From Eledone cirrhosa (lineage: Eukaryota), in assembly GCA_964016885.1 (NCBI GenBank), contig OZ024741.1:168578001-168642000 (forward strand): a DNA stretch of 64,000 bases, in the 5' to 3' direction. A program made the position numbers and the translations under genes. The notes beneath the pieces are model-generated. The model worked only from the letters and a program-made list of their open reading frames with translations. It did no database searches and was not told the DNA's origin. Positions 9,789 to 21,816 of this stretch are shown here, piece by piece (positions within the stretch are counted from its first letter, which is position 1; the number at the start of each line of letters is the position of its first letter).

Positions 9789-10290
9789 CGATAAATTAAC
9801 GGAGGCATAGGCCCTCGTTAATCCCTGTAAATAATGTGCTCAAAGGAAAAGAGATCCTGAGCTCTTTAAACTACAATATGTTGAGAAGGTAACACACCAG
9901 AGAGAGATATATAGTGCGTTATCAATAATACAGGGAAAAAACCACCAGTGTATGGAATCTATAACCTATGAAAGGCAGACTATAGACACGATAATTAAAA
10001 ATATAAATTAAAGCGTAAATAAATACCTTTATAACTATATAACACACGTACAAATCCAAAGATATGTTTCACCAAAAAGTTTGTTGAAAGAAATGGTCTA
10101 GTCTCGGTTCATCAGCGTGTGTAAGGCCATACATTTCAGACAACACTAAGAGAATTTTACAATTGACTGTCCAGCTACACGTGGGAGAGAGAAGTCACAG
10201 CGTGTTTAGGGGCAGTGAACCAGTGGCCTCTGAGAGACGAAACGCACTATATACCTCTCTCTGGTGTGTTACCTTCTCAACATATTGTAT
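9787..10290 (-). mobile_element. TA-flanked fold-back pLTR fragment with a hammerhead-like motif (10056-10120)
   Basis: Inverted repeat about 9872-9920 / 10241-10289; minus strand CUGAUGA-ACC..(about 32 nt)..GGU-GAAAC-AUA-UC; stem I pairs poorly. Confidence 0.6.
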
Positions 10291-11301
10291 ATATATATAT
10301 ATATATATATAAATCGCTTCGACTTCCGCCAATTATCCACACAATACAGTATAGTTAGCACCCCAAACGTTTAATTGGAAATATACTCCTAATGTTTGTT
10401 GAGTGAGTTGGTAATTGGTCGGAGTATCGCTAATAGCTTTCTCCGTTTATGTAATTATGTATTATACTCTTGGATCACCAGACATGAACTTTCCCGATAT
10501 AAGTTATGACTCTCTTTGTTGTTTATTTTAAAAAATATAAATATCGGTTGTTTGTTCCTGTATCTCATGTTTGTTATTTTGCCTGAGAAAATATCTCTAT
10601 GTGTCCTTAAACATATATTTATTTTTTCATATCCAATTGAGTTCCTCGCACGAGGCTTGAATTCTTGTCAGAGTTCAATGACCTGCATGTATATTATTTT
10701 TTGGCGTTAGCCTCCTCCTCCTATTTTGGGGACAGTGTGAGATTTTTTTTAGAACTGCTGGACTTAAAACCTAACAGTTCCTTCTAGAACTGATGGTGAT
10801 TATCGCTAAATATTGATGTTGATTTAGTTATTAATATTAATATTATTGGGCACCCACTGAACATTTGTAAGAGCCCACTGGCGTAAGAATCTATTGATCT
10901 TACACAAGCTTCTATATAACTTAGTATAATTTCACCCACCATGTAGAAATCTTACAATGAAATGATTTGTTTGGGAAATGAGATCTTTAATATATCTCAT
11001 ATAAAATAATACAGCCAATTATCCACACAATACAATATAGTTAGCACTCCAAATGTTTAATTGGGAATATACTCCGGTATTTCCTAATATTTGTTGAGTG
11101 AGTTGGAAATTGGTCGGAGTATCGGCCCACACGCCTAACACCCTTCTACCACTTGTTTATTTTTATTTTTATATATACTTCTTCAATCGTTTTTCCTCCT
11201 CTTCCCCCCCCTCCCCAAATGTCTTTCCCCCACTCCCCCACACACCCTCGGAAGTCTCTTCCTACCCACTTTTCTCTTGAAGAAGGGCTTACGCCCCCCC
11301 C

Positions 11302-11342
<41 letters not shown>

Positions 11343-11348
<6 letters not shown>

Positions 11349-11680
11349 AGGCACATGGGTTAGTGGTTAGAGCATTGGCGTTGCAATCGAAAGGTTGTGA
11401 GTTCAATTCTCAGACCGGGTGATGTGTTGTTTCCTTGAGCAAGACACTTTATTTCACATTGCTCCAGTTTACTCAGCTGTAGAAATGAGATGATAGGACT
11501 GGGGTCCATATCATTCCACTGCAAAGTGGTCATGGCGGTGCCACGGCAAAAATGCACCCAGCACTCACTGTAAATGAGGTTGGTGTTAGGAAGGGCATCC
11601 AGCTGTAGAAATCAAGCCAGAATCAGTTCCCGTCCCACCCTTGCAAGCAGGGGAAAAAGCGGACGTAAAATGAAATGAAT
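11343..11680 (+). mobile_element. tRNA-derived SINE with CORE-like domain and RTE-derived tail
   Basis: A box TGGGTTAGTGG, B box GAGTTCAATTC, CCTTGAGCAAGACACTT core, tail GGTTGGTGTTAGGAAGGGCATCCAGC; TA-flanked. Confidence 0.8.
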
Positions 11681-11693
11681 ATATATATATATA

Positions 11694-11824
11694 ATTGTTT
11701 CTACTTTTGGCACAAGGCCAGCAATTACCCAGTACATTACTGGTACTTTATTTTATCGACTCCGTAAGGGTGAAAGGGTAAGTTAACCTCGGCGGGATTT
11801 GAACTCAGATCGTAAAGGGACGTA
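11694..11824 (-). mobile_element. 5'-truncated Nin/Deu-type SINE
   Basis: Reverse complement of the 3520-3703 family. Confidence 0.85.
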
Positions 11825-12187
11825 ATACATAATTACATAAACGGAGAAAGCTATAAGCGATACTCCGACGATATATATATAATATATATATATGTATATA
11901 TATATATCATATATATATATATATCATATATATATATATATGTGTGTGTCTGATGGTAGCTATGATGCTTCAATAGGCGGTATGCCGGCTGAGCACTATG
12001 TTCTTACAGAGCAGAGTGTGATATAATATAAAACGAAAAATCAGTGATGCATCTGAACTCAATTTATTGTTTGTTACAATTGTTTCGCCAGCAGAGAGCT
12101 CGAGACACGATCATTGTGTGGATCTGTCTGATTCTGGATCTGCAGGTACGTCGAACACTTCTAATAATTTCGGATATAATATATATT

Positions 12188-12189
<2 letters not shown>

Positions 12190-12255
<66 letters not shown>

Positions 12256-12256
12256 T

Positions 12257-12307
<51 letters not shown>

Positions 12308-12308
12308 T

Positions 12309-12340
<32 letters not shown>

Positions 12341-12369
12341 AAATATATATATATATATATAATATATAT

Positions 12370-12422
<53 letters not shown>

Positions 12423-12492
12423 ATATATATATATATATATAATATATATATATATATATAATATATATATATTCTATATATATATATATATA
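12190..12492. repeat. Interrupted (TA)n microsatellite
   Basis: Direct reading. Confidence 0.95.
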
Positions 12493-13643
12493 TTTCGTTT
12501 CTGAATTTGTTTAGCAAGATTCTTTATCTGAAATCGTGTGTTGAAACCGATATTGTTATACTTTGGGAGGGTCAATTTGCCAATAAGAAACACACGCACC
12601 AGTTGCTTTCACTTCAATTTATTATATATTTATAAATTTATAAATTTCTGGTTGGTTGGTTGGTTCCACAACCAGATAGTTGTTTATATATAGTCATGGT
12701 TCTTTCGTCACACACTCTGTGACCTCTTCAGTGACTGGGGATTCCTTTCTTTGTTTCTGTGCCTCTCCTTTGTTCTGTCCTACGCCATTTTGTTTCTGTG
12801 TGTGTGTTGTGTGCTCAGTCTGCACATGCGCCACATCCGGGTGTCTGTGTGTGTTTATGTTCATTTATTTATTTGTTTATTTACATTTTACTGGTTGGTT
12901 GTTTGTTCTATGTGTGTGTGTGTTTTCATTTTGTCCTTAATTGTAAGTTGTGATGTTGCTGTTCCACTCATATTTTCTATTTAATTTTGGTTGTAATTCT
13001 TTTATGTTTATTGCCTCTGTAATTTGTCTAAACATTGCGTCTTTTCTATGTGTAGAGCTATTTTTATTTCTATGTTCTCTAATTTACCCTTGTGTTCTAT
13101 CTTAGCATGTTGGTAGAGTACAGATGATTCTTTATTATCTTGAAGGTCTCGCCAGTATTCATTTATCCGTTCCCTTACACTACGAGCTGTCTCACCTATG
13201 TACACTATATTTTTGTCTCTACATTGTCCTTCAGTACATCTTATGCTATACACTACATTTCTAGTTTTACAGTTAATATGGGGGCTTATTTTACAGGTTA
13301 TACATTTCTTATCTATACATGAGGGTCTTTGAAAAGGAAACACACACAGACACCCGGATGTGGCGCATGCGCAGACTGAGCACAGAACACACACACAGAA
13401 ACAAAATGGCGTAGGACAGAACAAAGGAGAGGCACAGAAACAAAGAAAGGAATCCCCAGTCACTGAAGAGGTCACAGAGTGTGTGACGAAAGAACTATGA
13501 CTATATATAAACAACTATCTGGTTGTGGAACCAACCAACCAACCAGAAATTTATAAATTTATAAATATATAATAAATTGAAGTGAAAGCAACTGGTGCGT
13601 GTGTTTCTTATTGGCAACATGACCCTCCCAAAGTATAACAATA
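12493..13643 (-). mobile_element. Truncated PLE (same family as 21817-24175): pLTR, GIY-YIG fragment 13008-13337, inverted pLTR 13338-13643
   Basis: CKTRNVVYSIRC..YIGETARSVRERINEY; about 300-bp inverted repeat 12550-12856 / 13338-13643; TA-flanked. Confidence 0.9.
13458..13502 (+). ncRNA. Minimal hammerhead ribozyme (inverted copy at 12692-12736 on - strand)
   Basis: AGUCA-CUGAAGA-G-GUCACA(gagug)UGUGAC-GAA-AG(aa)CU-A^UGACU; perfect stems I and II. The 12692 copy has U16.1 changed to C. Confidence 0.85.
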
Positions 13644-13652
13644 TATATATAT

Positions 13653-13693
<41 letters not shown>

Positions 13694-13713
13694 TATATAT
13701 ATATATAATATAT

Positions 13714-13757
<44 letters not shown>

Positions 13758-14358
13758 ATATATATATATTCTATATATATATATAATATATATATATATA
13801 TATAATATATATATATATATAATATATATATATATATAATATATATATATTCTATATATATATATAATATATATATATTCTATATATATATAATATATAT
13901 ATATATATTCTATATATATAATATATATATATATATTCTATATATATAATATATATATATATTATATATATATATATAATATATATATATATATTCTATA
14001 TATATATATATAATATATATATATTATATATATATATACATAATATATAATATATATATATATTCTATATATATATATATAATATATATATATATTCTAT
14101 ATATATATATATAATATATATATATATATTCTATATATATATATAATATATATATATATATTCTATATATATATATAATATATATATATATTATATATAT
14201 ATATACATAATATATAATATATATATATATTCTATATATATATATAATATATATATATATTCTATATATATATATATAATATATATATATATATTCTATA
14301 TATATATATAATATATATATATATTATATATATATATATATATATAATATATATATAT
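13644..14358. repeat. About 700-bp compound (TA)n tract with periodic TTC/AA interruptions
   Basis: Direct reading. Confidence 0.95.
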
Positions 14359-14821
14359 TCTTAGCCATTTTGAATTCGTTTCTGGCGGGGTTCATTTAAG
14401 AAAAATCTTTGTCCAATTGAGTTTGTTTCCTGATGATTTCGAAACTCGTGAATTTATCCATGATCAGATATTTCCAAAAACGAATGAAAGATCATGGGGT
14501 AGAGACATAATTTTGGTAAGTTTATGTACATTTTTTCTCTAACTTTGATTTTGTACCTAATTGTGTATGGTTGGCTATATGACTAATCAATTTCTACGGG
14601 CTATTAGAAATACTAGGTAAATCTGTGGCTGTTGATCGTAGATAAAATAGCTATCATTTATTTATATATTGTTTCTTCATAGGTACATTGATTTTTTGTG
14701 GGGTTAATTATGCTGATTGGGAGGAGAAATACTGTATATATTTTATCAAATGATACTATGGACTTACTTTCTTATATATATATAATATATATATATTATA
14801 TATAATATATAATATATATAT

Positions 14822-15354
14822 ATGGAGGAACATGGCTTAATGTTTAGAGCATTGGCCTTGCAATCGAAAGGTTGTGAGTTCAATTCTCAGACCAGGTGAT
14901 GTGTTGTTTCCTTGAGCAAGGCACTTTATTTCACATTGCTCCAGTTTACTCAGCTGTAGAAATGAGATGATAGGACTCGGGTCCCTATCATTCCACTGCA
15001 AAGTGGTCGTGGAGGTGCCATGGCAAAAAAAAGCACCCAACACACACTGTAAAGTGGACGTGTAGGCGCCACGGAAAAAGCACCCAACACTCACTGTAAA
15101 GTGGACGTGTAGGCGCCACGGAAAAAGCACCCAACACTCACTGTAAAGTGGACGTGTAGGCGCCACGGAAAAAGCACCCAACACTCACTGTAAAGTGGAC
15201 GTGTAGGCGCCACGGAAAAAGCACCCAACACTCACTGTAAATGAGGTTGGTGTTAGGAAGGGCATCCAGCTGTAGAAATCAAGCCAGAATCAGTTGCCGT
15301 CCCACCCTTGCGAGCAAGGGAAAAGCGGATGTGAAATAATGATGATGATGATGA
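14822..15354 (+). mobile_element. CORE-like SINE with RTE tail, containing about 4.5 copies of a 47-bp tandem unit (15028-15241)
   Basis: Near-identical to 11343-11680; unit AAAAAGCACCCAACACTCACTGTAAAGTGGACGTGTAGGCGCCACGG at 47-bp spacing; (GAT)n tail. Confidence 0.85.
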
Positions 15355-17399
15355 TATGTAAGTTATTATAAGGGAATATTCCACTATTAATTTTTGTAAG
15401 GTGTGAAATGCTTAAGGTGTTCATTTCTTGCCTATACTTAGCACTTGGTAATGCTAATGTTCTTGATATAAATTTTTGTTGAATTCAGTCCCTCTTACAT
15501 GATGCTGATGATATGCAGGTGTTTTGTATATTGTGTGAAACTGATTGATTCATTGTTTGCATATACATGAAAGCTTATCGCCTGTATAGAAACAGTTGTA
15601 TATATTAAAGATGTATTTAATTTAAAAACGTTGGTACTCTTCATTTTATATATATATATGCTGAGTGATCTGGAGCTATGTGATATAAAGTGTCTTGCTT
15701 CAGAACAAAGCACATTGGCTGGTCCAAGAATCATACTCACAATCACATGAATGTGAACCTAACTCTCTAACCACTAAGCTACACATCTTCATATACACAC
15801 ACACACAGCACACACAGGTGTATGTGTGTAAGTGTATATGCATTAGTAATAGGGAGGGCATCTAGCCATCGTAAACTTGCCAAACAAAGGGTTGGGCGGA
15901 TTCTTCAGTTAACCTTCTTACCATTGATGATTTATGCAATAAAGGTGCCCAGTACACTGTAATGTGGTTGATGTCAGGATTGGCATCCAACCATACAGAA
16001 CCTGCTAAACAGAGGATTAGGAGGACTCTTCTGCTGCATAAAAGACATGACACCTTTAATATAATCTGTTTTGTAATGTTCTGGTCCATATGAAATTGAG
16101 TTGCAAGCCAATTACCTATCTGAGCACTGAGTAAGGTGCAGGAATATATGTAAGCAAGATGCTGTCTCTCAGCCCACTGTGGGGTCAATACCTTTGCTTT
16201 GAGTACCAACCCAGTCTGCTGATGACACACACAAACCTTTCTAACAGAGAAAGCAATTACTAAATGATGATGATGTTGATAATGATGCATGTGTCTGTGT
16301 ATCATACATATTATTCGCTCTTTCTTTCATCTTCGCATTAATTTTCTAAATATTACATTTGCTGCAAATGCTACATAACTGTGCTGTGTGTGTATGCATG
16401 TGTGCATGCATGAGTGTGTCTATGTGTGTGTACATACGTGTGCAATACATATGAACAGATAATTTAAATGTGAACTGAATAAAACTATTTATATTTTAGT
16501 AAATATATTTTTTCAATATGAAAACCTAATTAGCAAGCATTCATCTCAATCACTGTTAATTTGATTATTGTCATAAAACATAGGTTATTAACAAGTTTTC
16601 TACTTAATTGCCATATCATTTTACACTAATGAAAGGTAGGAGGATTTACTAGAGTTTGTGGGCAGTCAGATCAAAAATGACACATTTAATCAACACTTGT
16701 ATTTCCAAGATTTTTATCTTGTGTTCAAATTCTCATCACTTCAAATTCACTGAACACCTTCACAGATTTGATAAAAATATATTTCCTAACTTTTTTTAGA
16801 TTATATTTCTGATGAAATACGCTTCATTTCAATTAATTACTGAAAATGTTTGAGTAGTTCTCAAAGATTATTAATTATTTCATTAATAAGATAGTAATAT
16901 AACATAGGGTTCTTTTATATAATTATTTTGGAAGGTTTTAATTTAAATAGGATCCTTTATAATGTATGTTTTTTTTGTAGATCTAGAGTTAGTTTCAAAG
17001 TGGTTATCTTTACTCATATCTACCACAATTATTACTGTATAACTTTGCCACATTACATTTTTACATCACATGTTTATATCACATTTGATTTTTTATATCA
17101 TGTTTTATACATTTCACTTATTTCATGTTTCACTTAATTACTCCCCATAATTTCACTTAATTACTCCCCAGATTTATGTATATATTTATTTATTTGTTGA
17201 TTTATCCTTTTCTTTTTTCTACATCTTTATTTCCCCTCTCCCACCTCATCACATATATTTTATATTTTTCTTCCCAAAACAACCAAACAAAGAACAACTA
17301 ACCACCCCAAATGAATGAGAATGGATATATGTTTTTAAAGCTGTATGCTAAACATTCCTTCATTAAGCAAACAGAAGTCTGATGAGCTTTTTATTCCAG

Positions 17400-17730
17400 A
17401 GTTGGGCTCGATCGATAGAAATCAAACTTTGAGCTGATCAATTGCAGAACACCAAAGCCTCCCCCACCAGAAATCATCAGAAGCACACAATGAAACAGAA
17501 TAAAGTAAGTAACTGCAGACTATATGGAGTTGGAGAAGAAACAATTAACCTCATTATCCCTGGCTGCCCAGTCTTAGCCAAAAAGGCATACATCCACAGA
17601 CAGGATACAGTTAGCTTTATCATACACTGAAAGTTATGCCAACATTATGAAATACCAACAGACAACAGATGGTACACCAGAAAAAAGTATCAGAGAATGA
17701 TAAAGCAACCATTCTCTGGGATACATAGAC
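17400..17730 (+). mobile_element. Degenerate R4/Dong LINE fragment (zinc-knuckle region)
   Basis: QSLPTRN..CRLYGVGEETINLIIPGCPVLAKKAYIHRQD resembles the CxxC..H..C plus Y..RH[DN] signature of RLE LINEs. Confidence 0.65.
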
Positions 17731-18607
17731 AAGGCAATCCCTCACTATAGAGAAACGTTTTGACATTTGTTATTATTTTCTTATTTTTTCTTTTATGTGT
17801 ATTTATTACAATTTCTATTATTGTTATGCCTACTGTTTCCTCTTCAGTGATTTCCTTTTTCCTTGACTTGATGTAAATCCTGCTCTATGTTGTTTTTGTC
17901 CTTGTCCTTGTCCCTAAAAAAGAAATCATAAATGTTTTGGTTTTCTTCAGGCTTACATGGAAATCCTGGTTTTAGCATATTAACTGGCATGCAATCTGTT
18001 ATTGCTATTTCAAGAAAATAAGAATCTAGTTGCAATGTGGCTTAGTGGTTCAGTTGTTTAGCTTATGATCATAAGGTGGTGAGTTTAATTTCTGGTGGTC
18101 CTAGGACAATAATACAAGATTAATTGGGCCTGTAATTCAAAGGGTTTCTTCTTCTTAATTACAATGTGGGAGGGTAATGATAATTTTTTATATTTTACTG
18201 TCTTCTAATACATGAAAACCCATTAGCAAGACATTGACAAATCATTAAAGCTACAATACATTAAAACTCTGATATTGCACATTTATACTATAAGCATTTG
18301 AATAAACTGTCATTTTTAGATATTTTCTGCTAAATTATTGCAGGTTATTACGAGTTAAATAGCTGCTGCTGCTGCTGCTGGTACTGCTGCTGCTGCTGGT
18401 TCTTCTTCTTCTTCTTCTTCCTTCCAGCTGGTCCTATCAGAAGCAACCATCTCCAATACATCTAGGTGGATCCCCAAGTGAGACCAACCAAATTCATGGA
18501 TGTTGCTGTTGTAGTTAGCTAAGTACTATGGTCAATAAATTCAACTTTCTACTTCCAAAACATTGCTTGCCTTGTCCCAATATTATAAAGAATTATTATT
18601 ATTATTA

Positions 18608-18810
18608 TTCCTAATTCTGGCACAAGGCCATCAATTTGAAGAAGGCGAGGAAAGTTAATTATATTGCTTCCCAGTATTTGACTGGTACTTCATTTTATTG
18701 ACTCTGGGAGGGTGGGTGAAAGGCAAAATAGACCTGAGTGGGATTTGAACGCAGAACATAGAAAGTTATAACTAAATATCACAAATAATTTTGTTGGACA
18801 CTCTATTGAT
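18608..18810 (-). mobile_element. Old Nin/Deu-type SINE
   Basis: GGCACAAGGCC..ACTGGTACTTCATTTTATTGAC..GAAAGGCAAA..GGGATTTGAAC, diverged. Confidence 0.6.
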
Positions 18811-20117
18811 ACCGTTAACCTATCACAATACATGTAATAATTATGATAATAACCAATAAAAGGTAAAAAAATAAAACTAATTATCATAATAATAATATTT
18901 TTTAGATTCAAACTGATTTCTGGTTATCAATAATTTTTTCTTTGTCAAATATCTAACTAGTATATTACAATATACCTGTTATATACAACACATTGTAGAG
19001 TCTGTTATAAAGCAGTGGATTGGTAATATTGTTAAAAAGTTGGATGGGAAGCTTTGTGGCATCTATTCTAGCTCAGTACATTCTGTGTTCAAATTCTGCC
19101 TCCTCTTGTAAAGTGATGACATTTCTTCCAGAAGTTGTTATCGACAGATACTATCAGCCATGTAAAGACCAATGGAAACAATGAGTCATTGATCAGATCA
19201 AATGGGTGGCTCTCTTCTTCTGCAAGCAACAAATAGTATCAGCAATAGAACAACAATGAAAACATTGATTCCTTAGTCTGATCTATAGATAGGGCTCCTT
19301 TCCTTTAGATGGATAAAAACATATCATTGTGGAGTATCTTAACAATTTGTATTAATACAGAATAAATCTGATAAATATTCATTTCTTGTTTATTCTTTGG
19401 ATTGCTGTAGTTGTTTTTTTAAAAGATAATCTTAGCTGGCTAAGTAAAATGCTGGACTTCAAAAACATTACACTCTGTTCAAGAAAACTTAAACTTAAGT
19501 CTTTATTGCCCATTCCATCCAGATATATGGTATCTAGCATATAACAGCAGTTCACCTATATTATTACATTACAAGGAACATTACAAAATATATCAATCAT
19601 TGGATTATTATCCCTACTGACATCCTTGAACAGAACAGAGAAGTGATTATCACCACTATCTTGCCACTAACTCAGAGATGAAACAGCAAATATAATAAAT
19701 AACCTCTGGATATTAGGAATTATATTTGAGAAATTTTATCCAGATTCACTATGTGTCATCAACATACATTCCAAATAAATAGAATATTTAATGTGCAAGC
19801 ATAAAGTTTATCTCTTTTGATATTAAACTGCCTGAATCTACCTCTAGTTCTATGACACTAAGCTATTTATTTTATAGTGTTTTAATTTATCTAAAAATCT
19901 TCTATCATAATCTTATTTAAGAACTTTTGTTCATTTATGTCCAAAAAAGAACTTTAATAATGAGAATGCTACTTATATTACTAAGTCACTCCAAATTCGG
20001 GATTATTTTCAAACATATTTGAAAATTACAGGCTGTGTCTTTCATTAGAAATATGGTAACAAAATGGTTAAAGCAAAAAACAAACAAGCAAAAGAAACCA
20101 AAAATGCACACAGAAGC

Positions 20118-20503
20118 AGGCATGGTTGTGTAGTTAAGGAGTTTGCTTCTCAGCCACATGGTTATGAATTAAGTCTTGTCATGTAGGTGTCACAACAAAA
20201 AGTACCCAGCACACACTCTAAATGTGGTTGGCATTAGGAAGGGCATCCAGCCGTAGAAAACCAGCCCCAAAACACCCAGCACACACTGTAAAGTGGACGT
20301 GTAAAAGACATGGAAAAAAGCACCCAGCACACAGTCAATGTGGTTGGTGTTAGGAAGGGCATCCAGCCATAGAAAACCAGCCAAAAACTCTCTTATTTGA
20401 GTGAGACACAGTCACCCGACCCAACTTGCCTCTAATTGGGACAAACCCGTCTAACCCATGCTAGCGGGAAAGATAGACGTTAATCAACGATAATGATGAT
20501 GAT
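20118..20503 (+). mobile_element. SINE with RTE-derived tail
   Basis: Degenerate tRNA head, two GGTTGGYRTTAGGAAGGGCATCCAGC modules, (GAT)n end. Confidence 0.65.
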
Positions 20504-21214
20504 GTGCTACACCACGGGAAAGTACATTTTATTATAGCCTCAGGTTGATGGAGGCCATGTCAGTGGAATTTGGCAGAACCCATCACGTGTGAGTGTGATG
20601 TAATCTAGCAGTTAAACAAAAAGGATTAATAAAATAAGAACCAAACTTCAAAAAATAAAGGACTGGTGTTGATATGTTCAACTAACTCAAGACAGTGCTC
20701 CAGCATGGCCACAGTCTGATGACTAAAACCTGTAAGAACAAAAAAAAGGCAAAACAAATGAAACATAAACAAAAATTCAGATATTTCTTTTTTCTTTTAT
20801 CCTAATTTTTAAAACTAATTTCACTCAATAAACTGTGGCCATACTTTGGCTTCACCTTGTTTAATATCTGGCAGAAAATTAAAACTGACAATTTGAAAGG
20901 TTTCATAAGATGAACAGAAATATATGATATTTCAACTTTTATAGGAAAACAAAAAGTATGGTGTAACTTATGAAACAGAGACCAAACAACATGCATATGA
21001 TGTAGAAAATATAGCAGACAAAACCATGAATAGCAACATTTTAACAGTTTACAATGTCATTTTGTTTTGTGATGTCTTGCAAAGATATTGGATATCCAAT
21101 GGAAGATGAATGTCATGTTGTGAAAGAAGATATAAAAATCACACATTTATAATTAAAATACTAAAATGATATCATTCAGTTCAGCTATGGTATATTAAGT
21201 TATATTACATTGCA

Positions 21215-21249
<35 letters not shown>

Positions 21250-21251
<2 letters not shown>

Positions 21252-21815
21252 ACGGAAAAAATGAAACAAAATTTCATTTCCCACTCTTAGTACGGCTGTT
21301 ACTTAAATATAAGTATGTACACGTACATTCATATATGTATACAGACGTACAGTAGGATGTATATATATATACATACATGCACACATATATATATGTACGT
21401 ATGGATTCACCGAACATTTATTATAATGCTCGGTGTGTTTGTAAACAAACATCCCGTATTAAGCCGATGTGTCTAGCAACCATCATTGCTCGTTTGTTCA
21501 ACACTGACAAAGGAACGCTGTACTAGTTTCAAGCTTATTAGCTATCGTCAGCAACGTATACCTTCCTGCCAGATTGTTGAACGTATATACTTACCTTATG
21601 CATATTAACGGCTGATTAGCCCAATTTGCATCTCGAGTGGGTTAATCGGGCGGGTGCACCGAAAACGATAAACGGAAAAAAAGAAACAAAATTTCATTTC
21701 CCACTCTTAGTACGGCTGTTACTTAAATATAAGTATGTACACGTACATACATATATGTATACAGACGTACAGTAGTATGTATATATATATACATACATGC
21801 ACATATATATATATA
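21250..21815 (-). mobile_element. pLTR-like repeat in partial tandem (21250-21668 + 21669-21815) with hammerhead at 21516-21556
   Basis: Homologous to 9331-9757; first about 145 bp directly repeated; HHR CGUUG-CUGACGA-U-AGCU(aaua)AGCU-U-GAA-ACUAGU-A^CAGCG. Confidence 0.75.
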
Positions 21816-21816
21816 T

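Noticed and set aside
12066-12110. Minus-strand CGAAACAATTGTA, the 3' half of a hammerhead
   Set aside because: No CNGANGA half was found before the TA tract; probably truncated, so not counted.
12044-12517. ORFs rich in YI, HT, RE or VC repeats here and throughout the track
   Set aside because: These are translations of (TA)n, (CA)n and (GA)n microsatellites.
14428-14452. CTGATGA-TTTC-GAAAC hammerhead-like string
   Set aside because: There is no stem II, no UH triplet in register and no stem I.
15028-15241. Regularly spaced 47-bp repeats resembling a CRISPR array
   Set aside because: Units are contiguous with no unique spacers, lie in a SINE tail, and there are no cas genes.
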